This document shows, in pieces, positions 13,527 to 26,736 of a stretch of DNA of 64,000 nucleotides. The notes beneath the pieces were generated by a model. That model was not told the DNA's origin and ran no database searches. It was given only the letters and a program-made list of their open reading frames with translations. The translations under genes and the position numbers were made by a program. Numbering within the stretch: the stretch's first letter is position 1; the number at the start of each line of letters is the position of its first letter. Origin of the DNA: Octopus vulgaris (lineage: Eukaryota); contig OX597819.1 in assembly GCA_951406725.2 (NCBI GenBank), forward strand, positions 96,472,001-96,536,000, in the 5' to 3' direction.

Positions 13527-14580
13527 ACAACAGGATATCAAAAATTATCCGCATTTTTACTCAAAATCACTAACTTTAGTGCTCGCGTGCTAAAAGGTGG
13601 TACATTTGTAGTTACGTAATCGAAGCTTGACTTTGGTCGCTCCATTTTTTTTTTTTTATTTTGTATGTGTGTTACAAAGTAAACATGGCCGTTCCACTGA
13701 CATTGTACACTAAAGAAGAACGGAGATCAGTGGTGCAATTTCTCTGGTTTGAAGGTGTGCCAGGGGCTGAAATTCATTGCACGCTTTCTGTACAGTAGAG
13801 ATAAGGACAACGTTCTACCGCATTAGAAGTGTGTCTGAGTGAATCGAGAAGTTTAAAAATGGGCGGACAAGCGGGAAGCACAAAGAGAGATTAAGACGCC
13901 CATCAACCATCACCAATAACGTGAAGATTCTACAGGCTTCAGGGATGGTTCTAGTGAACCGACAAGTGACCATCGATGAGGTGGCATGTTTTCTGCAAGT
14001 TAATGATGGTTTTACATGCTAAATTATCTACAACAAGCTTGGCGTCCATAAAATCTGTGAGATGGATGCCGAGAAAGCATGCCAAAGCACATAACTGCAA
14101 TCCTGTGGAGATCTATCAACGCTTACTCGACCGTTACAATGATGAAACCGAAGGTTTTTTGGAAAGAATAGTCACAGGGTATGAAGCCAGGGTCCATCAC
14201 TTCGAGCGAGAATCCAAAAGGTAGACTATGGAGTGGAAATACTAGGAATCGCCAGCGAAAAAGGAATCCAAGACTCAACTTTCTGCAGAAGAATGATGCT
14301 AACAGTTTTTGTGGTGCAAAAGGGTCTATACTGGAAAAAGTGTCTGCGACCACAATCGTAGACTAAAGTGAAATACTGGTCAACGAACTAAAACCAGCAA
14401 TACATACCAAACGCCGAGCTCTATTGTCAAAGCAAGTTTTATTGTTGCACGAGAATGTTTGCCCACATACGGCCGTTCAAACTTGAAACCATTGAAAAAT
14501 TAAGGCTTCGAGTTGCTGGAACATACTGGTATACAGCCAGATCTCACTCCTTTCGACTATCTTCTCTTTGGAGCACACAA
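13527..14580 (+). mobile_element. Decayed mariner transposon (transposase pseudogene from ~13685)
   Basis: MAVPLTLYTKEERRSVVQFLWFEGVPGAEIH (HTH), FLERIVTGYEARVHHFERESKR (IVTGDETWVHHYEPESKR-like), LLHEN, PDLTPFDY-like; several stops and frameshifts. Confidence 0.9.
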
Positions 14581-15719
14581 ACATCATTCACGAATGTGTT
14601 TTATCAAGTTCTGGGGACAAATAACAACTACAATTGCTTCTGTACATCACGCAATATCACCGACACAACAGTGAATTAGTCAGATCACACACCACTTCCG
14701 TTACCACCACCACTACCAACAACACCACTACCACCACCACCAACAACAACAATAACTTCATCATTCACCACTTCAACAGGGACCCACTCATTCACATCAA
14801 CTAATCTCAAAAATGTCCTTACGACTTCACGTAGCAAGAATATCAACTCACTAATGGTGGTCACCACCATCACCACCACCACCACCACTAGTCTCTGCAT
14901 CACAAACGATCTTATTAACATGAAATGTAAGAATAAAACCTCTGGTTATATTATGATGACGGCGAAGTCTACGTTGTTTTCGACTATGAGTACTCAGCCA
15001 GTTCCACTCATCAATTAGCATGTATGTGACTGAGTATTTCTCAGATACTACAGTTGCCGTCTCCTAAATTTCACGTAGACTTATTCATGATGTGCACACA
15101 GTGGAATGGAACACGGCTCGTCATGATTACAAAGCGAACTGCTCGGCCATGACTTCCAGTTATAGCATCAGAAGCACAGCGAAAGCTCACAACTAAATAT
15201 CGATAAATCACATACGACTGTGCGAGATAAAGGAAAGAATCTGGCTGCATATTCCGCTAGAAATAGGAGATAAATTTGCCTCAAATCACATTCCACTGTC
15301 ATATATGATGAAGTATACGTTTGATACTGTAGTTTTACATAACTCAACAAAGATGGAATTTTCATGTTTAGAATGTCGTTGAAATTAACGTCTACTCCAT
15401 TACGTGTGACCTGCAGCGAAACAGCAGCAGCAGCAACAACAACAACAACAAAAATGGCGATAAAAACAGCAGCAGCAACAACGGTTACAAAACTATACGA
15501 CAAAGATAAGACCACGTCCATACAAAAATCCTATTATCTCTGTTCTCTTGTCCACACCCAAAGGCGGCCATAACATTTGTCTCTCTTTCTCTCTCCAGCA
15601 CAATTCTAAGTTAACTCAATGAAGATTTAATATGAAAATTCTGGTATCATTAATTAATAATTAATTAATAATTAATACGTTTGGTTCTTTCATCTCATAC
15701 TGCAGATAAACAATGAGGG

Positions 15720-15915
15720 AGCCTCTACGTAGCTGTGCGGTAATGTAGATATAGTAGTCTAATTTCTATCAAATTACGCTCCCCCAGAGTGAAGGACACG
15801 CTGGATTATGAAATGCTGGGTTGTTTGCATATGGGAAAAATATGTGATAGTCACGGCTGAGATACCTTTGTTCGTATGTCTACTCGATCAGGGCTGGTCT
15901 GGACACGAAGCAATC
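15720..15915 (-). mobile_element. Old interspersed repeat (cagccctgatcgagcagacctatgatcaaagg..ccag..gtgacc family)
   Basis: Diverged matches at ~16340-16450(-), 46655-46705(-), 53868-54030(+), 54975-55145(+), 56418-56610(+). Confidence 0.6.
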
Positions 15916-16145
15916 CCTGAGAAGACAGCAGCAATATCATCATCACCAACATCGTCATCATAATCATAACCACCGCCACCACCACTTCCAGTCCTTATCA
16001 TCGTGGTGGTGGTCGTGGTGATCGTCGTCGTCGTCGTCGTCGTTGTCGTCAACAATAGCAACAGCAACAACGAGTCTTAGGCAGTCACTCGAACAACCAG
16101 AAATAGCTGCCACATCTCTACTATGATGAAAAATAGAACGTATTT

Positions 16146-16332
16146 GTTTCAAATTTTGGCACAAGGAGGTTGGGGGAGGGGTGGATCGATTAAATCGACC
16201 CCAGTGCTCAACTGCTACCTATTTTATCGACCTCAAAGGACGAAAGGCAGAGTCGACTTCAGCGGAATTTGAACTCAGAACATAAAAACGGGTGATATGC
16301 CACTAAGCACTTTGACCGGTGTGCTAACGATT
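16146..16332 (-). mobile_element. Family A SINE (diverged)
   Basis: Matches 4650-4854. Confidence 0.85.
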
Positions 16333-16489
16333 AGGAAAACATATTGAGTGACGTATTCCTCAAATAACCTTTACTCCATCTAAAAAAAGGGAGGACAGTC
16401 GTGGCTGGATTTTCTTTCATTATAATTCTGTTCAATCAGCGCTAAACAACAAAAGCAGAAGTAGCCATGTTTCTATAAACTGTATTAAA

Positions 16490-16549
<60 letters not shown>

Positions 16550-16674
16550 GCTTCTGCTGCTGCTGCTACTTCTGTTGCTGCTGCTGTTACTACTACTACT
16601 ACTAGTACTACTACTTCTACTACTGCTGCTGCTGCTGCTGTTACTACTACTACTACTACTACTACTTCTGTTCT

Positions 16675-16742
<68 letters not shown>

Positions 16743-16748
16743 TTACTA

Positions 16749-16833
<85 letters not shown>

Positions 16834-17352
16834 ACTACTGTTACTACTACTACATTAATAATGACAACTATTACTACAACAATTAGTCTATTAACAACTG
16901 CCACAGCAATAACAACTGGATTAACTATATCAATAACAACAACAACAAAAGCAGCATTAAAGAAAACGGTAATTACACTAATAATAACAACAAAAGCGAC
17001 AACAACAACAAAATGTTATATAATTAAGAAAAGTTACACAAACAAAAATATTAGCAATAACAACAACAACAATTAAAAAAAATATCAAAAACAAAATCAA
17101 CTGGAAGAGCAGACACAATGGGAGATAATGTAAGAAAAAAACACATGATCAACATCATCACCATCATCACCTGCGATAGCAGCAGCAGCAACAACAACAG
17201 CAACAACAATAATAACAACAACGACGACGACGATGACGATGATGATAATGCTGATGTGATGGTGATGATGATGGTCATAATGATGATGATTATGATAACA
17301 AAGACTAAAAATAATAATAATAATAGTAATAATGATAATAATAATAATATCA

Positions 17353-17423
<71 letters not shown>

Positions 17424-17430
17424 AATGATA

Positions 17431-17483
<53 letters not shown>

Positions 17484-17485
17484 CA
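16490..17485. repeat. Compound trinucleotide tract (CTA/CTG/AAC/GAT/AAT)n
   Basis: Visible directly; source of the poly-L/Y/C/N/I ORFs. Confidence 0.95.
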
Positions 17486-17806
17486 ATAGCAAAATAGACT
17501 CCTTTTTGCTACAAATCAATGTGTACATGTGAGTCATGGATCTGTTTGAAACGTTGACAATGTTTATACAGAAAATGTAACAAACATTGAGATAACGAGA
17601 AATATTGGGAGAACAATAGAAATATTGGCTGGGCTGGACGGAGAATTGTTTTAAACTTTACTTTGGTGTCTAATAGCTCTATGTGTGTATACGTATGTAT
17701 GAACGTAGGTATGGATTTGCGTATCTATGGATTTGCGTATGCATGTTTGTGCGTATCTATGTATGTGTACGTATGCATATATGTATGTATGTATGTGTAC
17801 GTATGC

Positions 17807-17839
<33 letters not shown>

Positions 17840-18427
17840 TGTATGTATGTATGTATGTATGTATGTATGTATGTAGGTAGGTAGGTAGGTATGTATGTAT
17901 TACGCATGTATGCATGTCTGCATGTGCGTGTGTCTATGTATATATATGTGTTAGTGTTTATGTAGTGCATGTTTGTACATGTCTCTATATATATCCATGT
18001 GTATGTTTAGGTGTATGCATGTGTGTATATATGTATATGTATTTGAATATGTATTTGCGTAGACATGTGTGAATGTACTTATATGTATGTATATATGTAT
18101 GCATATGAATGTGAGTATATTTGTGTGTGTGTATGTGTGGACTGATGGGGGATTCTAAATTTAGAAGAAATGGATATTGACCCGAAACCACTCGGAAAAA
18201 GTTGATCGAATATGTGTAGCAGGTGGTGTTGGGGATCGATACGGCTTCTGTGTGATTAAATACTCCACTATTATGCTATTATTCTAAACAATGCAGTTAA
18301 TATATTGCTAATATATAGCCAATATTATAGCCAATATATAGCTATTATGTAGTTGATATATAACTTAAATAACGTAGGTTGGGCTTGGCCATTATTGGCT
18401 CGAACAAGTTTTAGTCGACATGTAATT

Positions 18428-18581
18428 GAGTGGCTGTGTGGTAAGTAGCTTGCTTACCAACTACATGGTTCCGGATTCAGTCCCACTGCGTGGCACCTTG
18501 GGCAGGTGTCTTCTACTATAGCCTCGGGCAGACCAAAGCCTTGTGAGTGGATTTGGTAGACGAAAACTGAAAGAAGCCCGT

Positions 18582-18583
<2 letters not shown>
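18428..18583 (+). mobile_element. 5' half of tRNA-derived SINE family C (CORE-like accttgggcaagtgtc; internal microsatellite)
   Basis: gtggctgtgtggtaag...ccggattcagtccc...gaaactgaaagaagccc followed by (TA)n; the 3' half is absent. Confidence 0.85.
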
Positions 18584-18646
<63 letters not shown>

Positions 18647-18650
18647 GTCC

Positions 18651-19510
18651 GTTAAGAACCACGACTTACGCGATCCATGCTAATTAGTATATACACAGGG
18701 TGTCCCAAAATTAAGGCTACCAACTCTTTGATTTTGCTAAAGTAAACTAGTGTTATATTTCGGGTCCGAGCGTTACAATGCAATAGTAATAGAAACACAA
18801 TTATGACATTACCACATTTATTCGATATGATCACCTCTGTTACGAATCACAGCCCTAAGTCTAGGTGCGAATGCTTCACACTCTTAGAATTGTGCTGGAG
18901 AGAGAAAGAGAGACAAATGTTATGGTCGTCTTCGGGTGTGGACAAGAGAACAGAGATAATAGGATTAACGACATTCTGGAAGCTGAACTCCTTCCAGGGG
19001 TAAATGAGCACTTTGAAGGCGTACTTTGGAGCCTCCAACATGACGTGGCACCATCCTGCAGCTCCAACCAGACACAACACAGGATTCCGAAAAACATTCT
19101 GTCGTTCATAGGCAAGTATGTATAGCCTTCAAGAAGTCACGATCTCAACCCTTTGGATTTTTCTGTTTGGTCCATTTTGGAGACGAGGGTCTTGAGTATT
19201 CCCCATTCTTTGTTCGATCTCTGAAGACAAAACTGCGCCAGGAATAGGCTTTGATTCCTCAAGAACAGCTGAGTGCTGCGTGTGAAGCATTCGCACCTAG
19301 ACTTAGGGCTGTGATTCGAAACAGAGGTGATCATATCGAATAAATGTGGTAATGTCATAATTGTGTTTCTATTACTATTGCATTGTAACGCTCGGACCCG
19401 AAATATAACACTAGTTAACTTTAGCAAAATCAAAGAGTTAGTAACCTTAATTTTGGGACACCCTGTGTATATACTAATTAACATGGATCGCGTAAGTCGT
19501 GGTTCTTAAC
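18651..19510 (+). mobile_element. Fold-back element derived from a maT/DD37D (Tc1/mariner) transposon, ~230 bp inverted arms
   Basis: 18651-18881 is the near-perfect reverse complement of 19280-19510. The spacer translates QHD-x37-D (…V*PSRSHDLNPLDFSVWSILE) and ends …ACEAFAPRLRAVIRNRGDHIE* at 19343. CAGGGTGTCCC termini. Confidence 0.9.
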
Positions 19511-19604
19511 TAAGTAGCTTCTAGTATGCGACTGGTTAGTTGTCTATACAGAGGAAACATTAATAAACTACCTATTTAATTAATCATCTCATAATAATGA
19601 TTTT

Positions 19605-19715
19605 TAAATTTTGGCACAAGGCCAGCAATTTCGGAGAAGGAAAAAAGTCGATTACATTAATCCCAGTGCTTATCTTGTATTTATTTATTGATCCCGAAAA
19701 GATGAAAAGCAACGG
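19605..19715 (-). mobile_element. Family A SINE 3' fragment
   Basis: ttttggcacaaggccagcaattt...cccgaaaagatgaaa. Confidence 0.7.
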
Positions 19716-19996
19716 TGACGTAACAGGTGTCCTGTATGACGTAATGCAAAGATCAAGAAATCAAATCATATGCTATTGAAATGTGTTGTACGGATTGAAT
19801 TGGTATCGCCTTATATATATATATATATATACAAAATTTTGAGGAATGACCACTAAAGTGGACACCCTTTATGCTAAACATAGGCGTCAAATCGCCATTA
19901 CCACGAAGAATGTGTTCTCAAGAAAAATCTCAGCAAAAAAAACAAAATGTAAAAGTAAGCAAGACAAATAAAAATATACGAAATATAAAACGATTA

Positions 19997-20072
19997 CCTA
20001 TGTACCATTAGTTTCACTTGTTAATATTTACGTATATGAACACGCAAATATCTGCAAGATCATCAGCATAGA
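19997..20072 (-). ncRNA. Type I hammerhead ribozyme candidate with intact catalytic boxes
   Basis: gtCTATG-CTGATGA-t CTTG..ATATTTGCGT..ACGTAAATAT..CAAG t-GAAA-C taatg G-TA|CATAGgt; stems I and II pair; GUA cleavage triplet. Confidence 0.7.
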
Positions 20073-20285
20073 CTGTCGTTTTCAAAACATAATTTCCAGA
20101 ACTAGATACAGAACGCTCAACCGGAATCGAGTATGTATAAAGTTCTACAAATAATATCTGGGTGTATCTTTCAAATGGCTTCACTTTGGCGCACTGAGGT
20201 AGGATATTACTCGGCAGTTAATAAATTACAGCAACCAATTTACCGGCTGGAGAAAATTTTTTATTGATTTATTTAATTTTGATTT

Positions 20286-20356
<71 letters not shown>

Positions 20357-20716
20357 CAATAGATGGATAATGTATCAATTCCCTACAACTATTTCTAACG
20401 AATTTTTAATTGATTAATGGAGACATTACATCATTAAAATAAAACGTTTTCATCAAGTGAATACACGAACCACAACATTCAAAGACATTCGAAAGCCAAC
20501 AGCATATGCGCCCTCATGATTTATGACCCCTGCTGGTCATAAATTGAATTTGTTGGTTCAATTTGGTGGTATTAGAGATATTGATATACTCGATCAGGTA
20601 CAGTTAATCATATAGATAACCTGAATATCTCTTTGCCTGTACTTTGGTACCTGCGCAGATATTGCTCTATTTTGTTGTGTACACATTTTGATTTTCGACC
20701 CGACCCGATTCTTTAC

Positions 20717-20791
<75 letters not shown>

Positions 20792-20792
20792 C

Positions 20793-20838
<46 letters not shown>

Positions 20839-20889
20839 TATATACATACGTATACGTACTTACATGTATACGTATATACAGATGCATAT

Positions 20890-21420
20890 GTGGGCACAGG
20901 ACGTTACGAAACGTAAGCAACAAAAATACGAAGTACGGGGACATAGAATATGAACTTTCTTGCGAACAACGAAAGAAACAAATGAAAAACAAGACAAGGA
21001 ACACAAAGAATGACCCTTCATCAGTTGTCGGCTGTTTTTCTAATCTTATTTCGAGCAATTCACGACAAGATACGCTTTCGATAAAACAGTCGCTCCTGCT
21101 AAGCAAATTAAATAAAATTTGGGATTTTCCGCAGGGTCAAAATTGGTGACAAAAACAGCACAGTGAAAACAAACAGGAAGGGCTGCTAAGCCTAAAGGAG
21201 TTGTAGTGGCGAACGCGAAGAAACAAGCTTGGACAGGAGACAGACAAGAATACGTCTTCCTTGTCCAGCTGCAACAAGAAGAAAGAATGAAACACAAGCT
21301 AGGGGAAGAAAGAAAAATGGCCGATGGCCACGTGGGAGCCACGTGAGCAAAGGAAGAAGAGTGAGGGAGAGATACATTTGAGATGCTGAAGGAGAGAATT
21401 TCAAAGATGGAATGATTGAA
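20890..21420 (-). mobile_element. Penelope-type terminal-repeat-like non-coding element with decayed hammerhead (21032-21089)
   Basis: Shares aaacag(t/c)cgacaactga(t/c)ga and the gtcctgt end with 42495-42720; ctgttt/aaacag stem and agc..gctcGAAA. Confidence 0.55.
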
Positions 21421-22189
21421 TGTGAAGAGCTAAAAGTATTAGAGGGAGGAATTGGGTGGGTGGGGGTTTTAAGATCGGGAATGGTGAGAAGAGAAGAGAT
21501 AGTTCAAGAGTGGGAGCAAATAGAGGTTAGTAGAGAGTAGTAGTAGTAGTTGTAGATACACTTGTGTATGTATTTATAGAATTGTCCTTAGTATATCAAT
21601 AGTTGAAGCTTTTCTCCTGAAATTAATAAACCTTGTCTTGGAATTTTAATGGACAACAGGTGAGCTGGTGTATGTTTGCGAAATACATTCTAGAATGTTT
21701 TATGAAAAATTCACTTAATCCAGCTCTGCCTACACCACTTCCCGCTCGTCTCCTTCTACCGCCATATTACCATTTTACACTCTATTCTCTCTCATCACTA
21801 CTACAATGAATAGTCTAACTGCACTGATTAAAATTTAGTTTTTTGCTTTTGTTCCACTTCAGTTCAAGAGCAGAAAACAGAAACGGTAGCAAATAAAAAA
21901 AATAAATAACGCATTAACAAGCTAGTTATCATTTTTTCAATTGATTCTTCGAATTATCGATTCCTCGTCTGTGTGAGCGCGCACGTTTGTATGTTTGTGC
22001 GCGTGGGTTTGTGTTTTTGTGCTTGTGTGTCTATGTATATGTGTATGAATGTATAAATGTGAGTTTGTATCTTTATAAGTACGTTTATGGTTAAAATATC
22101 ATTATTATCCTCATTATGTCATAATAACAACAGCGGCAGCAACAGCGGCAGCAACAGTCGCAGCAACAGCAACAACAACAACAAGGCAG

Positions 22190-24430
22190 ATGCTAATGAA
22201 GATTAGCAGCCTTGGGAAAAATATAAGCAAACCTCGACAACGAAAGTAGGATAAATTAATGGAAGAAGAGAAAACTTAGATGAGCGGAAATGCATCGATA
22301 GGGGAGAACAGGAATTAGGACAACGACCGTAGAATTAAAGCAGTGAGTAAAGGCAAAAGCTGCTAAAATCAGAAAATATGAAGAAAGAAAGAACCAGTAG
22401 AAGCAAAATCGGCTTCTATGAAATCAGAAACACCATTTTGACATATTTGAGTGAAATGAGAGGATTGATAACAAGGCCGAATGCTGAAAAGCAAGCTACT
22501 TGAAGGAGAAATGTGAGGATAAATACAATAAGGGACGGCGGATATCAGTAAGTGAAAAATTACTGAAAATGTTGAAACACAGAATGATGTTTCCACCATG
22601 AAAGCAAATATAAGCGAGCAATAAAAAATATAGGAAAGCAACAGGGGCAGACTTGACCCATAATTACTGTTTCAAAGGGTTTACAAGCTTTCGTGAAACC
22701 TTAGTGTTACAGCCTAATAAATGTATATCAAAGGTAGGAAATATCATCATGAGTAACCTGAGGAAGAAACTGCCAAATATTGAAAGACATTTACAAGATT
22801 CATATCTACCAATTATATGGAAACTTCTAACAAGGATAATGCGGAAGAATTATGTCAAATCCTACATAAGAAAAATCCAATGCCTGATGGACAAAGAGGA
22901 TATCATAAAAGAGTAGGAAGGACGGGCTAATTCATAATTCAAATGTTGTACTTGAGGAATTGCAGAAAGAAATTGACAAATTTAGGCGCTACATTGATTA
23001 TAGAAAAGCGTACGACCTATTTCTACACTCGGGGATCAAGTGGTGTCAAGAATTGTTCAAGATCTCGAGAAAGATTAGGTGTCAATTAGAAAATTCAGTA
23101 CTTCATTGGAAAGCCGAGTTAATAGGAGGAAATGAAAGATTTACAGCTTAAAAGATCGGATGAGGGATTTCTCAAAGGGACAGGGTTCCAATTCGATTAT
23201 ATTAAAAAGAGAACTAAGTAAGGAGTCTAGCTGGGAAGCAATAGGAGAAAATGAATAATATCTATGATTTAAAACTTTATGTCTAGGACAAGAAGGAACT
23301 GGTTTCCTTAATGCCAACCGTAAATATATTAGGTAACACCATCGGGATGACTTTTTGAAACGAAAAATTTGCTATGAGACGAAACGAGGAGAACCCATAA
23401 TATGTGTTGTAACAAATTTATCTAATGAAGTGAATATAAAATCTTTTAATGTAGAAGAGACATACAAAAATCTGGGAATACTGGAAAACATCAAAATCAA
23501 AGCATATAATGAAGGAAACCTTCAGTACAGAATATTTTCCCTGAGTAAACAAGATTCTAAAATCCAGATTCAATGCGGAAAAATCTTACAAACAACTGAC
23601 CCGAGGGGAGTATCACTATTAAGCTATGGTGCAAGAATTATTTAATGGAGAAAGAATGAGCTGAATAATATTGGCAGGAAAACGAGAAAGCAGTTGATAA
23701 TTTACAGAAATCTGCATCTCCAATCAGATGTATTGGAAAAGAAAAGGAGGAAGAGCGTTACTAAGTGTCAAAGCGATGGTAGAAGTAGAGAAGAACATGT
23801 CTGGGTTTTTATTTAGAAGAAAAACACGAAAATTAAGGAAGTAATAAGTGAATATTTACCGAGGGTGCAGAACCCACTAATGACTAATAAGGGAATATGT
23901 GGGAAAACGAAATGAAACTTCATTCAGTGGTTTTCAAAAACACAAAAGAGGTAAGATGAGGGATAACAAGGGAGATGGATACAATGAGAGAAAGTGGTAC
24001 TGAAGGAAGACATCGAGGGGTGACCTTGACAGCACAGAAACAGGCCCTAAAGGTAAATTGGATCAAGTGGACGATAGATTAACAAGATTATTCATTCAAA
24101 TGTGGAATGTGTTGTGATTTCAATACTCCTATAGGTCATATTGGATAAGAATGTTCAGACAGCTCAGAATGAATATAAAGAGTTTAGGCATGATAAGATG
24201 GCTGCAAGAATTCCTTGGAATTTTAGCGTGAAATTTGGTTTTGCATGCAGAGAAAAGAGCTCTAACCATTCTGTAGGAGTAGAACCGCAAGTATTTGAAA
24301 GCAATGAAAGGAAGTTCCTCGTAAAAAAGTTCTTATACAAACGGAAAGAAGATATAGTAATCATTAACGAAAAGAAGAAACAGTGTAACATTTTATGACT
24401 TGAGATGACCATTTGACACCAGAATATTAA
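22190..24430 (+). mobile_element. Decayed R4/Dong-clade non-LTR retrotransposon (RT + CCHC + restriction-like endonuclease)
   Basis: LPIIWKLLT, YIDYRKAYD, GISQ.D, ETYKNLGILE, LLSYGA, C..C knuckle, EYK..RHDKMA, RKEDIVIINEKKKQC (RPD-like RLE); many stops and frameshifts. Confidence 0.85.
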
Positions 24431-24864
24431 GATACGAAAGGGGAAAAGTAAAGCATTATACTAACCGGAAGTAGGATTCTGACATCACGTATCTGATCTT
24501 CCATATACCTGAACTCATCCACCTGACCACACATCTGACTTCAGGACTGAACCAATCTGCTCCAACTCAGTTAGTCTGTCCATCAGACATATGTGTGCTC
24601 ACTATACTTACTCCCTACCAACTCTTTTTGATAATTCTTCGATGATCTCATCTATTTTATATATATATATATATTTCTGATAATTGAAAAAAAAAAAAGC
24701 TTATCCATCATTGTCCCACAGAAAGAGACATACACAAACAAGCATACACAAATAGTCAATCACTCTCTCTCTCTCTTTCTCTCTGTCTCTCCCTCTCCAT
24801 CTCCCTCTCTCTCTTTCTCTCTGTTTCTCCCTCTCCATCTCCCTCTCAATCACACGCACTCACG

Positions 24865-24868
24865 CACT

Positions 24869-24947
<79 letters not shown>

Positions 24948-25017
24948 ATGTGCCTTTCTATACGGCAATTCACTCTGACGCAACTGAAAACCGACGTGAT
25001 GACATTGATAATGATTG

Positions 25018-25090
<73 letters not shown>

Positions 25091-25095
25091 GGTAA
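24865..25095. repeat. (CA)n followed by (GAT)n/(GGT)n microsatellites
   Basis: Visible directly. Confidence 0.95.
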
Positions 25096-25486
25096 TTATG
25101 ATACTGATGATGATGACAATGATGACAAAGACGGTAGTGGTGGTCGTGGTGGCTGGTATGAGGATGATAATGAATTATACATAACCTTGCAAAATATGCA
25201 TCGATAAATAATCTATAATAACAAGCATTGATGATCATGCAACGTTCTGGCTTCAGGAAACCAGAAAGAACACAGATAATTAGGAAATCATAATTGCAAA
25301 CCGTTAATAGCACTGTAAAAATATGTAAAACATTTCGCAAGTTTAGTCTGTAGTATGCACATAAAATATTAAAAAATATGGATCTCTGTCGTTTTCGACC
25401 ATGAGTGAACTGCAATCGTGAAATTAACAAGTAACTGGTTGAACATTCCAGAGACACGTATATTCTTAATGTAATGCGCCCATAAC

Positions 25487-25783
25487 TCAGAGATCGTCGG
25501 TTGCGACAACGAGAATTCCATTTGATCCGATAAACGGAAGAGCTTGCTCGGATATTAGCATGCAAGTGACTAGGCACTCCATAGTCACGCGTATCTTTCA
25601 CTTGGTTCTCAAGGAGATTCAGCGTGACACAGAGTGTGACAAGGATGGCCCTTCGAATTACGTGTACTACTCACTTTTGCTAGCTGAGTGGACTAGAGCA
25701 AGGTGAATTAAAGTGTCCTGCGTGACACAATGCGCCGCCGAAAATCGAACTCACAACCTAACCACTAAGCTACGCGCCTTCAC
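25487..25783 (-). mobile_element. Diverged tRNA-derived SINE, family D
   Basis: Minus strand gtgaaggcgcgtagcttagtggttagg...gagttcgatt (A/B boxes), then ccactcagct..aaaa.tgagta; a possible fragment of the same family lies at ~14960-15150. Confidence 0.7.
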
Positions 25784-25892
25784 TAGGCCCATAGGCACAA
25801 TAACTTGTACGTATATGTACGTATATTCTAAAGCTACGCGCCTTCACTAGGCCCATAGGCACAATAACTTGTACGCATATGTACGTATATTC

Positions 25893-26211
25893 TAAAATAA
25901 TAATTATATATATAAATTATATAATTATATAAGGGAACAGGAAGAAATCTTACTCCAACATGTAAGAATATGCCAAAAAACGTTATGAAACCACCTTTAG
26001 CTCCTGCAAAAATACAAACTAAAACTCCACAGTCAATTGTGTATTGGTCCATTTTCGAGATGAAAGCAGTAAAGTAACTTATTTCTCATCCTCAGCACAA
26101 TATTCAAAGAAACATAGTCACAGGTAGTCTTTGGCGTATTCTTACATATTGGAGCAGGATTTTTCCTGCTCCCTTATATAATTATATAATTTATCTATAT
26201 AATTATCATTT
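25893..26211. repeat. ~85 bp inverted repeat with ~145 bp spacer
   Basis: 25893-25981 is the reverse complement of 26127-26211 (tataattatataaggg(a/g)..aggaa..ctccaa..tgtaagaata.gccaaa). Confidence 0.8.
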
Positions 26212-26583
26212 TAGTATAATTTAACCACGGGGTTTTATAGCATGTTGGCCACTTGAAATTATCATTTACATGATTTTATCCTTGTTTATATGTACGTATA
26301 TATATTTCATAAAATCAAATTCATTGAAGCATTGACATAGATGTACACACATGCATGGGTAGCCGAAATACACATACATACATGCGTGCATTCATGCATA
26401 TGCACATACTTATGCACATACATACTTATTCATTCAGGTAGTCATACATATCTGACACAACATTCAAGACTTAGTTGATGTTTAAATTCCAAAGAAAAAG
26501 CTTCTTTTTGCACTCCAGGCGTCTTTCGTTAAATGTGAGGAATACTAAAAAAATAAAGCCAGAAATCTCTACCTACCTATCTG

Positions 26584-26671
<88 letters not shown>

Positions 26672-26685
26672 CCTTCCTTCCGTTA

Positions 26686-26736
<51 letters not shown>

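Noticed and set aside
24846-25601. 251 aa ORF with poly-His (longest in the track)
   Set aside because: It runs from a SINE through unique DNA into (CAT)n and (TG)n repeats; a chance open frame
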